Origin: the human T2T-CHM13v2.0 reference genome, Homo sapiens
DNA length: 64,000 nucleotides
Assembly: GCF_009914755.1 (NCBI RefSeq)
Contig: NC_060945.1
Strand: one strand, 5' to 3'
Below are positions 29,248-42,701 of the stretch, piece after piece. Numbering within the stretch: position 1 is the stretch's first letter; every line of letters starts with the position of its first letter. A program made the position numbers and the translations under genes. The notes beneath the pieces were generated by a model. That model did no database searches. It saw only the letters and a program-made list of their open reading frames with translations, and was not told where the DNA came from.

Positions 29248-30189
29248 ATAGCTCCCAGTAGCATCTTCCCGCCTCCCCCTCTCCCCCCCGCCCCCCACCC
29301 CCACCCCCGCATATATCTGGGCCCCGACTTTGAGGGCATTCACACAAACAGCTCCATAGCAGCTGGTGGGCTGGGCCCAATTAGCCAGTGTGGGGCAAAC
29401 GGAATGCACGATTGATGCAGAACCCTTGGAGAACGGGCCCTGAATCCAGGAGCCAAATGGTTCCTTGCACAGAGCGGAAAGGATTAGGGTGGGCGACCAG
29501 TTTGGGAGCAAGAAGCAGTATCCCACCAACATGCAAAGCCTTTTCTTTCTCTACACAACCCCACCATTGTCTATGACATAATGCTGTTCAGTGGCCTCCA
29601 CTGCAACATTCAAGGCCCAGTCCTGTCTTCTGGGAACAACTCAGATATTAATTTTGAAAGCAGTGGGTGTCCTTCACACGCAGACTCTAAACAGATTCTC
29701 CATTCTACATGTAGAGGAAGAAATCGAGAATAATATTTTGCTTTTAAAAAAAAAATTTGGTGGCTGGTTCTTCTTGCTCTCCAAGAAAGCTTGTTTGGGA
29801 ATATTAAAAAAACGAAGATGTACAGCTCCTCTCCTGGGTGAAAAGCACACAGTCCAAAGAGTCGTATTTGTCAGGCTCACAGGATGGGCGGGAGAGGAGG
29901 TGGGACTGGTGGGCGGTGGCTTTTCACCCTCTGTACCTAGGTTTATGGCCTTTCAGTATTTAGGGGAGCTATTTTTACATGTAGCTTGCTCCTATTTTTT
30001 TCTGATTGGAGTCTCTTTATTAAAAGAATTGTTTAATTTGAAATGAGTAACCCAAGTTACTCGGCAAGATATAAAGATTAAGAAAAGATAACAAGAGATG
30101 AATAAATGAGGTAGTGGAATTGCTTGATAACTGGAGTAGTGCCTTAGAAGCTCTCTCCCAAGTTAGAACTATTCTTTGTTGTTAAATGA

Positions 30190-30730
30190 AAGTTAAAATA
30201 TGCCATTTTCAATGTAAATACATTTTTTCCCAGATTCATACTATCCTATATTACAATTGTTTTCATTTCTTCATCATAAGAAATCATCACTTTGGAGTTT
30301 TATTTATGTATGTCCTGTTTTCACATCATTTTGACAGTCCTGTAGATATGCTATGTTTTTCCTCACAGCCCTAATTATATATCATCTTTATCATTTTTAG
30401 TAAATAGATAATATCCCATTACACCAATGTTCCATAATTTGTTATCTGTTGCCCTTTGCTAAGACTTTGGTTATTTTCAGCTTTTCACTCCCACAAATAA
30501 CACTGCTATAAATATATCAATGCATACACCATTTCTCCTTTTAAATTGCTTTCTTGAAATAAATTCCAAAGAATGAGATTACAGGGTCAAAGAGTACTAA
30601 CATTTTTATGACCTTTGACCCGCATTGATTGCCAAATGCCCTCAAAAGGCATTGTACCAGTTTTCAAAGAATGATATATCTGCTTTCCCCACAGGCTCAT
30701 CAGGCATTGAGTTATAGGGTTTTCCTGTAT
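30190..30730 (-). mobile_element. Ancient L1ME-like fragment
   Basis: AT-rich with L1 3' motifs such as GAATGAGATTACAGGGTCAAAGAG. Confidence 0.55.
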
Positions 30731-31941
30731 TTTTATTTCTTCAGTCTCAATGGGTTGAGATTAAACTATATGCCCATTGGAGAATTATTATAAGTAGCTA
30801 TACAATTCATTGATTACTTAATAATGCTTAGGATACAACAGAAAGGAAAATAAAGCAGAAAAAAAACAAGCCAAATTAAATTCTTTCTCAGTTGTGTTAA
30901 ATGCCTTTGTATATTGAATATCTGTGAGCATGCTAAGCTTCAACACTGAGAACAAAGAAATCAGTTCTGAAACAACTAGAATAACATCAGCACACCAGAG
31001 TCAGATAACTTAGTTTTCATTTCATAAATACATTCACACACTCACAAAGCTCTAAACTTTGTTAGAAGAGTGAGCCTAAGAGAAACAAATGCTTACTTGT
31101 GTTATCAATGCCTAAAGCACTGATTTTGAGCAGCAAAGATTTGACTCTCTCTGACCTCTTGCAAAGATGTCCAATTATTTCACAGTTGTTCTTCTGCTTT
31201 TCCTCTCTGTCTCAAGCTATCTTGAATAGGGAAAGAGTGAAAAAAGGAGTAAAAGTAAAATAACAGGGGCAAGAGTCTCTCGTTCCTTTTGTGAATTTTG
31301 CCTTCGGCTTGGTTCTGTTTTCTGGAAAATACTATGCAAACATGGAAATGGGTAAGTTGTCTGTCAATGCACTTTGCAGATGGCATGGATAAATGAAGAA
31401 AGCCCTGAATATCTAATTCTTTGTGACCAGCTCTGTTCAAATACAGTTCCTTCAACATTTCATATAAGTGATGCCTTAGGATTTCTGTAACACACGGTTT
31501 GCACAGCGTAGACATACTATGAGAGTCTATGGGATGGATGTTTGAGTCAAATGTGGCACGTTCATAGACCACTTGGAGTATACAATCAAAGATCCAAAGA
31601 AAACTATTGGTGTCATGGAAACCTTGCTCTTTGGGAAGTAAATCCACTCCAACTGAATGGGCATCCCTTCCTTTCTCAGCCCCACCATATCAGGAAGAGT
31701 GTACTTGGTGTTTATAGCTATGAGTGCCTGAAAAACAAGAACAGGTAGATTTGTATGTTAAGGCCCCATATTGATATTGGAAAAATACAAACCAGGAAGT
31801 GCAAATGTTAGCTTGGATCTGCTCTTACCTCCCATCACCACCACCCACAAAGAAGAGAAGAAAAAGAGCCAGAAAATGCACCCAGAGCCATCAGAAAAGT
31901 AAGGGAGGGATATTTTTATTTAGTACCAAACCCGAAGAGAG

Positions 31942-32254
31942 GGCAGCAGGTGCGGTGGCTCATACCTGTAATCTCAGCACTTTGAGAGGCTGAAGAGGGT
32001 GGATTGCTTGAGCCCATGGGGTTCAAGATGAGCCTGGGCAACAAAGTGAGACTCTGTTTCTCTAAAAAATAAAAATAAAAAATTAGCCAGGCATGCTGGT
32101 GTATGCCTGTAGTCCCAGCTCCTCAGGAGGCTGGGAGGTGGGAGAATCACTTGAGCCCGGGAAGTCAAGGCTGCAGTAAGCCATAGTCTCGCCACTGCAC
32201 TCCCACCTGGGTAACAGAGTGAGACTCTGTCTCAAAAAACAAAGCAAAACAAAA
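31942..32254 (+). mobile_element. Alu (AluJ-like)
   Basis: Dimeric Alu. Confidence 0.9.
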
Positions 32255-33392
32255 ACCACCCGGAAGCAGGTATCCTTTGAGTTCCTGTGACTGAACCAGT
32301 TCATTGCTGACTTGTTTGTGGCTGTGAGTCGCCTCAGTCTTGCTTGCTGCTGGACTGTGCCATTGATGGTGACCCCCATGGGGGCAGGCTGGGGTCAGGC
32401 TGGAGTCCTTCAGCCCTTCTGGGGAGCTGCTGCTTTCTAGCCAAACCAGGGGGTTAGTGGAAGGGTGGAAAGGTCAAGTAACTAAGAAGGGTGAACTAGA
32501 GAAAGACGTGGCAATTTGCCAGAGTGGTCCCTTCATTTAGAGTAAGGAATTGTGTGAGTGAGGGGCCTGCAGGCTGGTAAACAGCTTGTCCATCTCCAGA
32601 GAGGACCCACCAGTGTCAATGGCCGATTGAGAACAGGGCACCTCGCTGATAGTCACAGAGACGACCAAGACTGGAATTTCAAGTGGAATTTCTCCAAACC
32701 ATGTTGGAACACTCATGAATCTGACTTGCACATCAGGCTGGGAAGTCATCTAGCCCCAAAGCTATGTCCTTGGGGAAGGGGAAGGCTGAAGGCTGAAAGA
32801 GAGAAACTTCCCACTCATCACCATATCCCCAATATCCAGTCTCTTCCTATCTCCCTCTCCAGCAAAATCAGCTGCTCCTTCCCCTAGCCTTGAAGAGCAC
32901 CCTGTACATACTTCTCTGGCGCACTCAGCCCATTGTATACTAACGTGTTTCCATGCTATCTTCCCAGCTGGGGCATGAGTTCATCAGTGTATTCCAGCAC
33001 ATCTGGGTTCACATTCCAACTCCTGTCTCCTAATAGCTATGTGACTTGAACAAGCCACTTCTCTGAGACCTTTGTTTCCTTGTCCATCATGTGCTAATAA
33101 AAGAGTCTACCTGATTGGATAGCTGGGTGGATCATATGAGCTTCTACAAAATGCTCAGGTTTATCCTCATCATCCACTGGGCAATTTCTAGCCCAGAGCA
33201 CAGCACCCTAATAGATATGCTCGGTAAAGGACATTCCAGCTAACGAATGGTTCTCGGGCACTGTGGGTAAGCATGGGGTTATGGCTGGACAGTGTCACTG
33301 GGCACTTGGTAGATTAGGAATTTCTTTTCTGGACCTTGGAAAGCACCACTGAAACCATTTTGGTTATAGCAGGTTATTTCTGTCGGTACTGA

Positions 33393-33845
<453 letters not shown>

Positions 33846-34679
33846 TGAGTCTCATGTTGTGCTGGGCATTCTGACTGCTGCTATGGGTGCTTATGTGGGA
33901 ACACAATCCAGTCCATGTTCTGTAGCCCTGGGACCCCAGTAAGGTCTGTGCAGTGTGGAAGGTTAGGAAGACCCTAATAAGGCCCAGGGATTTCTCCCTG
34001 GAGAGCATCAGGGAAGGCTCCACGGGGGACAGGCACTGTCAAGGTGATCAGCACCCAGACCTGCAGACATTGATATTGACCACATGAGCCACGTGGGCAG
34101 AGGCAGCTTGATTGTGACAAGAATAAAACTTAAACTTAAGGATGCTCATTTGCACACCATCTTCCAAGGCTTGGGAAGGGCCCCACCAACAGTTCACATG
34201 GTCATATGTTTTTGTAAAATTTGTATCTGTTAGATGTTTTAACCCCAATGCAGTAAGATGCTGTCTCAGTGCTTTGCAGCCTGACTTCCTTCCTCTCTCT
34301 CCTACTTCCCTGTGTCTGTGGGTGCTGGAGTGGCCGAGAGCATGTTTGGGATGTGGCTAAGTGGAACTGGATCGGGAGGCCGGTTTGGGTGAGTGGGATG
34401 TATTTGCGTGCTTTTCTGTCGCTTATCCATGGTTGAATTATTGCTGGTCATTCGGGCATAGAAACAGCTTCCAGGAGTACACCTGTTACCCACTGAATGG
34501 AGTTCCTAGAATGGTGACAGGGGGTTGCAGGGTCAGAAATCACATCCTTTGGTGTCCAGCATCAGAAACAGGTGGGTGGTGCAGGATAAACAACGTTTAA
34601 AATGTGTAAGGTGAGAAGCCAGTCTGTGGAAAAGTATTGCAGAGGTGTGTCCAGATGCTAATTAAAGAAACATTTGCAT

Positions 34680-34690
34680 GCACACACACA

Positions 34691-34724
<34 letters not shown>
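34680..34724. repeat. (CA)n microsatellite
   Basis: Direct observation. Confidence 0.95.
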
Positions 34725-34730
<6 letters not shown>

Positions 34731-35817
34731 CTGGATTCTGTGATGTTTGATATTTTTCGGCTTTTAACTTTTGTAGTTTGTTGTGATTTCATTTCTCATT
34801 TTAAGTGAATATTTTTGTTTATGCCTAATTTTCTATTCATACTTTGACAATCTTTTTCTTAAATGTAGAAGCTGGACTTGCCCAGTTTATGACTATCACT
34901 CATCCCAAAGTGCTGTCTTGTAGACACATTCCTGGGCTCCTGGGACCCTGGCTCTGACACCACCAGAGTCCCTCTTCCCAGGAGGCAGCAGCTGCTCCAT
35001 TCCTTGCAGGTGCTGGAGTCCAAGAGCACCAAGGGGTACCTGGAGGCCGGGGCCTGTCCAGTGGCCTTCCTTCCTGGCCACATGGCTGCCTTTGGCCACC
35101 AGCTGCCTGTGTGCAGTCTCTCTCCCGAGAATCTGTGTGGCCATTCATCACAGGCCTCCTCTTGGAAAGGCAAAGAAGGTTGCATTATACTAGGTAAAGC
35201 TTATCATTTGCATCTGCCAAGATCCATGCATTTCCCCTCCCTCCCTGCCCCGCAGCCCCCAGCAACTTCCCTCCTCCCTTCTTTTTCCCTCTCTTGTGGG
35301 TTTTCAATAGTGTGTGCTTTCTTCTTTTTCCCCTTCTTTCTGGTCAAGACAGGGTTGTCTCTCTGGGTGGAAAAAGGCAGTGTGTTCGTGGAGTGCAGCT
35401 GCATTTCAAAGGTACTTTGTTGGCGAGTTATGAATTTGCCTTTGCTACTGTGGGGAAACAGGCAGATTCTTTGCCTCCCGCCCTCCCCAAATTGAAATTG
35501 ATGTTATTTCTCTGCCAGTGGTACCCAAGGAAATGTTTTGTTCCATTTCCTCCCCTTTCAGGCTGAGCCCTATTTATGTTGGGAGCTGGGGCCCTGCCAC
35601 TGAGAATCATTGTCATTACCACCAGCGTCTGAGGCTGGCCAAATTCAGCAGCTGTGGTTTCATGCCTACCCTCACCAAGGTTTATTCCCTTGACAACATG
35701 TTCTTGTTTGGACCAACTTTCTTAGCCTTTCTCTCGTTGTTCCCCCCACAACCCTACCCCCGCCCTTCCTGAAATCACCCTTACAGTTGCATGGAGCTTA
35801 AAATTACAAAGGAAAAA

Positions 35818-35992
35818 GTGCAGGTGCGTGTGCATGCGCGCGTCTGTGTGCATATGTGTGTGCGTGTGTGCATGTGTGTGAGCATACATGAATGTGTATG
35901 TGTGTGCATGTGTGTGCATATGGGTGTGTGCGTGTGTGTGCATGTGTGCGTGTGTGTGAGAGAGTGTATGTGTGTGTATGGGTGTGTGCATG

Positions 35993-36037
<45 letters not shown>
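35818..36037. repeat. Compound (TG)n/(TGCA) alternating purine-pyrimidine tract
   Basis: About 220 bp, ending in pure (TG)n. Confidence 0.95.
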
Positions 36038-36038
<1 letters not shown>

Positions 36039-36169
36039 GGAGGCAATGAGCAGGGGATTGGAGCTGGAAAGGAGATAAAGACCCTGGGAGTTAGAATAAG
36101 GATACAGGGAGGCCAGCGAATGGGGTGAAGGGTGGGAAGTTTCCCCATAAGTAACGGGATCAAATTAAT

Positions 36170-37520
36170 TATTATTTTGGTGGCCGCCTCTCTTCTCCAC
36201 CCCAAGCCAGGCAAGACTCACCCTCGGCCCTGCCCGCCCCAGCATTTCAAATGGAATACCTAGGTGGCCCAGGGGGACCCCTGACCCCTATATCCTGTTT
36301 CTTTCTGCCTGCTTTGCTACTTTTCTCCTTGATAAAAGGAGAGAGTGAGAGATAATTAACAAAAAACATGGCCCCAGGACAATGAAACAACTGGCCTTGG
36401 CCGGCCAGAAATGTATCCTGGTTTTCTAGGTGAACTTTCTCCCATCAATCTTTCCTTTAACCTCTCTGTTAGTGGAAGCAATAGGAACACCCCTCCCCTC
36501 CCCTGAGCAAATGCTTTCTTTTGACTGGAAACAAAACAGGGGCTCGGCGAAGGCTGAGGTGAAATCTGGGTGGCATGGGCGCCGCACAATGGGGCCGCTG
36601 TTCCCCGGCCCGGGCTTGTGTTTTACAACAGGGGAGGGGCGGGCGTGAATGGTCTGATGATTGGAACAATCCCCCCGATTCAGGCCTACAAACGCATCTT
36701 CTGTTCCACACCGAGGGGACAGAAAGGAGAAAAGTGACAAAGAACGCGGGGCGGGGGGAATTAAAACAAAATGCGCTCGACTAAAAAATCTCTCATATCC
36801 TGCATATTCCAGAAAGCGGCTCTATGGAGAGAGCCTTCAGGAGGCCTCAGCCATATCTGAATGGCTTTCTCTGGCCTCTGATTTATTGATGAAGCTGAAG
36901 CGACTTGCTGGAGAAAGGCCTGGAGCCTTCTTTGTCTCCGAGATGAAGTACAATAGGCCACAGGGCGGAGATCTCTTGTGATGCTCTCGGGTCCTGCCTT
37001 TCTCTTGCCCTCTCCTCCCTGCAAATACCAGCAGCGGTGACAAACGATTGGTGGTGTGCCTGGGAGAGCCGGTGACAAGACTGGGCCACTTGAGGTCTCC
37101 TTAAGAGGGTATTATGGCCAGGGCGACGTTTGTGCTGTGAAGATGGCACACTCCATTTTGTCAATGGCTCTCATCGGCCCAGATAATCGCCCCCTGCCTG
37201 CCTGTCAGGGGCGCAGCCGGCCGATTCATGGCGCCCTCGGAGAAAGTACCCTTTCCGTGGCGACCAAGATAGAGACATTGTGTTCACCTCCTTGAGCAGA
37301 GGGGAAGGTGACCACCAGGGCAGCCTGCCTTGTAAATTACCCTGAAAACAAAAACATACAGCGCCTCCTCGGCTTGGGACCCCCACCGATAAATTATGGC
37401 CAGGCTGTGGAGCAGAGCCCAGGAGAGACTGGTTGCTGGAGAGTTCCTCCCCCAAACCCCACGAGCGATCAAGAGGCCTCTGGGTCCGGAAAAGGGCTGC
37501 CGGGGTAGCTGGCATCCTGA
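36170..37520. promoter_or_regulatory. Orphan CpG-island-like regulatory element
   Basis: Roughly 40 or more CpG by eye in 36540-37500; no recognisable repeat; GC boxes, SOX-type ACAAT, TGACA and YY1-like AAGATGGC motifs. Confidence 0.6.
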
Positions 37521-37695
37521 GTAGATGGGAGCCTAGAGCATCCCAGAGGGTCTCCGCTGTGTTTTCAGGCAGAGTCCAGAGCCAGACCCTCTTGCCTCAC
37601 AAATTTGCCAGGAGATTTCACCCAGGTCCTCTGTGGCTTCATACCCACCTCTTCCTGCACTTTTCTGTCTGCCAGCCTCCAGCCTTAGACACCAT

Positions 37696-38052
37696 CAGAG
37701 AGAAAAAAGAAAAGAAGAGAAATGAAAAGGATGGAGGGAGGGAGGGAAGGGGAGATAGAGAAAGAAGGGAAGAAGGAGGGAGGAAGAAGAGAGGGAGCCA
37801 GGGGAAGAAAATAAGTTAAAAAAGAAAGAGGAAGAGAGGAAGAAAGAATGGAGGAGAGAGAAAGGGAAGGAAGGAAGGAGAGAGAAAGAGAGAGAGAAAG
37901 AAAAAGGAAGGAAGGAAAAAGAAGAAAGAATGAGAAAGAAAAGAGAGAAAGGAGAGAAAGAGGGAAGGAAGGAAAGAAAGAGAGAAGGAAAGAGGAAGGA
38001 AGGAAGGAAAAGGAAGGAGGAAAGGAGGCAAGAAAGGAAAGAAGGAAGAAAA
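37696..38052. repeat. GA-rich polypurine low-complexity tract
   Basis: About 350 bp almost entirely A/G with GGAA and GAGA units. Confidence 0.95.
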
Positions 38053-38679
38053 CCGCCATGATTCATAGCTAAGAAGGAGGGAGGGGTGAGGGTGATTTTA
38101 CTAAAAAATGAGTTTCCCATTCTTAATTTAAAGTCTGCAGAAGCTCACTTTATGTATAACATATATAATACCACCTCACTGCTGCTGGCTCCCAGCCAGG
38201 AAGGACATCTCCTTATACATGTCAGGCACCTTGTAACTTGGCATATCAAGTTATTTACCAAAATTAATGTTCCAAGAAATAAATATCTTTCCCACTCCTT
38301 TAAAGCCATAAGTTTTCAAAAATATCCATCATACTTCCTCAAATGCATCGCACACATCCTCAATTCTAAACAGAAGATACCAAATTGAATTGCACTTTTT
38401 TTAATTGACTCAGGCTCAAATAAAATAGAATGTGCAAAAGTGCTCTGTAAACCCTAAAGCACAATGCACCCGCGGGCTATTCTTCTTCCTCTCAATGACT
38501 TGCCCTCCCGCCTCGCGACCCTGAGGATGATGGTCTGGGAGGTTTGGTGCCTGCTTTTATAGCTTTTCTGTGTCCTTCAGCTGTCACTTTAGCTTGTGGG
38601 GGCACCTTGCCTTCATTCTACTCTGCTGTTTCTATTGGCTTGTGAAGGCTGTTAACAAGGTGTAACAAGAATAAGTGTC

Positions 38680-38855
38680 AAAACTCTGGCTTTGTGATCC
38701 TGGGCAAATTATTTAATTTCTGTGTGCCTGTAAATGGAAATGGAAATAATACTTATTCCAGGATATTATTGAGAAGGTTAAATGAAATAATACACATCAA
38801 GCACCCAATGGGGATTGCAGTGTAGTAAATATACAATAAATATGAGTTATTATTA
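38680..38855 (+). mobile_element. MIR SINE
   Basis: TGTGATCCTGGGCAAATTATTTAATTTCTGTGTGCCT...GGTTAAATGAAATAAT. Confidence 0.7.
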
Positions 38856-39869
38856 AGATGATAACTTAGTATCATTAGGAACAAAATATTTTTCCTGTGA
38901 CAGGCATGAATTTCAACCACTGTATTTGGTACAATAGGAAGATCTTTAATTTTTGTTTGCTTCTTTCCAGTTTCTTGGCTTGATCCTATATCATAAGGTG
39001 GCTAGATAGTGTGCTTCCGGAAACTGAAGTGTCATGGTATTATGAAGCCAGTTGAGAAGGGAGCAGAGATTTCACCAAGAAATAAGTTCTGAGCCTAGCC
39101 CATGCAGAGACTGGACTAACTTTATCGGTTGAGAAGATTTTCTGAAGTGCACAAACCCCAGATCTGTAGCCCTCGTGTGGTCCATCTCCCCTCATCCTCA
39201 TGTCTGCAGTTCACTGAGAAGAATCACAATGACGACACAATAGCTGTCACTCTTGAAACACCTACCACGCAACAGGCTTGATGCGCAGAGCTTTATTTAC
39301 ATGATGTTTTTTGTAGCCTCACCAGTGAGTTTCTTTCTGAAGGTCCATAAGCTGCTGGAGGCTTATTCATTTTCCCATAAGGGGCTGACTCCCAGGGAGG
39401 TAAAGGATGTGCCTGGACTCACCCAGCTGGCTAAAAGGGTCCCTGTTGCTTAACTCCCAATTCGGTGCTTTTGCTACTGCCCTGTGTCACATTCTTCTTG
39501 GTCCAGCCTCCTGGATTCACTGTGAGTCTCACCAGAGGCACATCGTTTCTGCGTCTTGGCGAAGGAAAGGCCAGCAGACATGGGGAAGGCCCAGGGTCAG
39601 ACCCGCCTCTGTTGGAGCACCCCAAGGATAATCCTTAGATGAGGAGAGGACAGGGGACCAAGCAACTCTCACGCTTCCCCAAGTTACAGTTTATTTTTCC
39701 ATTGGCTGCATAATTATGTTTTATTGATAATACATGATTGGTGTCAATGAATCTCCACTTCTAGAAAGAACCACTGTTGAAACTTCATCCTGTATATTTT
39801 TATCAAAATACACACACATATGAGTGAGATCATAAACTTGAAAACATTTGTTTGTCTGTTTTTTCATGA

Positions 39870-40075
39870 GCAGGAGAGTGCGGTGTTTAAGAATATGGGC
39901 TTTGGAGTACTTTATGTTTGGAGTATTTCCCTTCTCTCCCCTTCTCTCGCCTTCCCTCCCCTTCCCTCCCCTTCCCTCCCCTCACCTCCCCTCCCCAAGG
40001 CGTGCTGAGGGACAAATGCATTAATATCTGTGATATATTTGCAACAGCATCTGGCACACGAATAGTATTAGACAA
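39870..40075 (+). mobile_element. MIR interrupted by a (CCCTT)n-like repeat (39927-39996)
   Basis: MIR 5' GGGCTTTGGAGT and 3' CTGGCACACGAATAG around a C/T repeat. Confidence 0.6.
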
Positions 40076-40159
40076 GCGAAGTTTTTTGGTCATAAATAAA
40101 ACAAAATATGATTTTATATATCAATACACACAACTTTATGTATTAATACAAAAAGATCA

Positions 40160-40745
40160 ACCTTTGCTTTCTCAAAGACTGTACTATATTCCATTCTATC
40201 ATTATTTATTGAATTAATTTTCCAGTGATGGACATTTAGCTTTTTCCAACTTTTGGTATCATAAACAATGATGCAACAAACATCCTTATGTATATTATTA
40301 ATAATATAGACATTTTGTCATACATAAATACATATATACATATCTTAACATGCATCCTTATGTATGTTATTGATAATATACATATTCTAATGTCTGTCTT
40401 ATTGTTTCCTTTGAATAAATTCCTAAGAAATGGAGTTACTGGATTAAAAGATGATATAACTAGTCTGTGCTCCAGAGAGGTTAGATGAAATGGTATTTCA
40501 ACCAAACCCTCACCAATGCATCTCATTATCGTGTTTGTCATCTTTGGCAGTCTGAGAAGAAAAATAAAGGAGGGGTCTCATTTTGATTTGCGTACAGTTG
40601 ATTAAAAGCAAGACTGAGCATCTTTTCATGTGTTTTGTTCACATCCTCTGTCCATTATTCTACCGATGTCATTATTAAAATTATTATCACTTTGTCCCGT
40701 ATGTTGCAAGTATTTGTGCCAGTTTGCAGTTTGTCTTTTAACCTC
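40160..40745 (-). mobile_element. Ancient L1ME-like fragment
   Basis: GATGGACATTTAG; AATGATGCAACAAACATCCTT; GAGCATCTTTTCATGTG. Confidence 0.65.
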
Positions 40746-40834
40746 GTTTCTGGCTCCCTGTGCCATATAAAGCAAGGGTGGAGGGAGCAACTTGGAGAAA
40801 GCACCATTTCAGCAGAGACAGGGAAGCCAAGTCT

Positions 40835-40982
40835 TTTTTATATTTATTTATTAATTTTTAAATTTTTATTTATTTGTTTTTGTAGAGAAGGGGGTCTCAT
40901 TATTGCCCAGGCTGGTCTTGAACTCCTGCCCTCAAGCAATCCTCCCTCCTCAGCCTCCTAAAGTGCTGGGATTACAGGTGTC
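40835..40982 (-). mobile_element. Alu left monomer (FLAM-like)
   Basis: Single reverse monomer with T-rich tail. Confidence 0.8.
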
Positions 40983-41229
40983 TTAATTCATGGCTAGGGT
41001 CCCCCAGGATCCCTAGCATAGGGGCATACAGGGAGGGGTGTCATTCCAAGCAAACAGACAACCAGGTTGGATCCAAAGGCCTATAAAATACCTAAAGCCA
41101 TCAACTTCCTTCTGCCAACGAAAGCAAGATGAAATTTATCACCTGACTCCTACACAAGGATATAGGTCCCTCCTGTTCCCCTTCTTAATTTATCACCTGA
41201 GTCCTATACAAAGATAAAGGTCCCATCTG

Positions 41230-41345
41230 TTTCTCCTCTCCTTTCCTCTTCTCTCCTCTCCTCTTCCCTCCCCTCCTCTCCCCCTCCCTGGCCCTCCCCT
41301 CTCCTCCCCCTCCCCTGCCCTCTCCTCCCCTCCCCTCCCCTCCCA
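41230..41345. repeat. CT-rich / (CCCCT)n simple repeat
   Basis: Direct observation. Confidence 0.95.
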
Positions 41346-41917
41346 GCATGAAGGCAGCTGCAACAGTATGTCTGGTGTCCAGGATACAGGGTATTGGGGA
41401 CAGGGTATGGAGGTAGGGGGCAGAGAAAGCAACTCTTTGGAGACTGGTTACAATAAACAAGCAAGTTACTTACTTGAGTCAGCAAATAAGCAAATATACC
41501 AAGGCTAGTGAGAGGCAGGTTGCTCACTGTCAGAGAATGGATTTACAAAGACATTAGGGAGAAGGCTGGAAAGAACCCCAAAGTGTTGAATTAGAATTAG
41601 AACTATTATTAAATAATAATTTAAAAATATATATTTGAGTATTTTGTGTGTATATGTAAAACAGACATACAACATACATACATATAGCAATTCCTATATA
41701 TGTATATATAATGCACATACATACATATAGATCTAGAAATTGTTATAGATGGGTACATGTATCTGTAAATGGACACTTACACTTTCACATATGTACTTGC
41801 TTTGTCCCTGAGACAAAGACTCCTCAGTAACAATGAACCAACTAAGCACTCAGATCTTGGTTTCTAAATACCCACACCAAAAGCAGAAAAAGCTCTATAG
41901 AGAATGAGTGATACAGG

Positions 41918-42336
41918 TCTCTTAGTCCATTTGCATGCTATAAAGGAATACTTGGGGCTGGGTAATTTATAAAGAAAATAGCTCTATCTGGCTCGAGGTT
42001 CTGCAGGCTGTATAAGAAGCATGGTGCCAGCATCTGCTTCCAGTGGGGACTTCAGGGAGCTTCTACTCATGGTGGAAGGCAAAGGGAGCAGGCATTACAT
42101 GGTGAGAGACGAAAGAGGAGGAGAGAGGAGGAGACACTAGGATCTTTATAACAGTCAGATTCACAGCAACTAAGAGTGAGCACTCACTCTACCCCATGAG
42201 AGTGGCACCAAGCCATTCATGAAGGATATGCCCCCAGAACCCAAACACCTCCCCCAGGGCCTCACTTCCAACACAGGGAATCAAAGTTCAGCATGAGACT
42301 TACCAGGGCCAAGCAAATCATATTCAAACCATAGCA
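41918..42336 (-). mobile_element. MST (MSTB-like) ERVL-MaLR solo LTR
   Basis: GGTTCTGCAGGCTGTATAAGAAGCATGGTGCCAGCATCTGCT; perfect 5-bp TSD ACAGG. Confidence 0.88.
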
Positions 42337-42628
42337 ACAGGGTACATATAAAACGAGCCCGGAACACATAATTGTGCCACAAAGTAACGAAAGGCTCAAA
42401 GAATGCTAGAGATATGCCCACGGGATGCAGAAGCCAGCTTGAACAAGCTCCCACTGGCCAGAGCTAGGATAACTTGGGAATCAAAAGAAGTAATCATAAT
42501 ACCAGGTTATAATACATTGAATAAAATAAGAGTCCAAGTGTCTGTACTGATATAAATGAATGAATAAATGGGGAAGAAAAAAACATTTTTTGCTAATAGT
42601 AGAATACCTGTTAACAAATGTAAAAGGA

Positions 42629-42649
42629 ACCGTGCCTGTCGAATTTTTG

Positions 42650-42701
<52 letters not shown>

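Noticed and set aside
30107-30115. let-7-like TGAGGTAGT
   Set aside because: Only 9 nt match, the rest diverges, and no precursor hairpin is evident
35004-36214. 163-aa ORF and His/Thr- or Cys/Val-rich ORFs
   Set aside because: No domain recognised; the repetitive ones are translations of the (TG)n tract
37198-37216. CTCF-like CCTGTCAGGGGCGC
   Set aside because: One base short in the AGRKGGC core; too weak to call
37685-38120. Ser/Phe/Leu-rich and Arg/Glu/Lys-rich ORFs
   Set aside because: Translation of the GA-rich low-complexity tract
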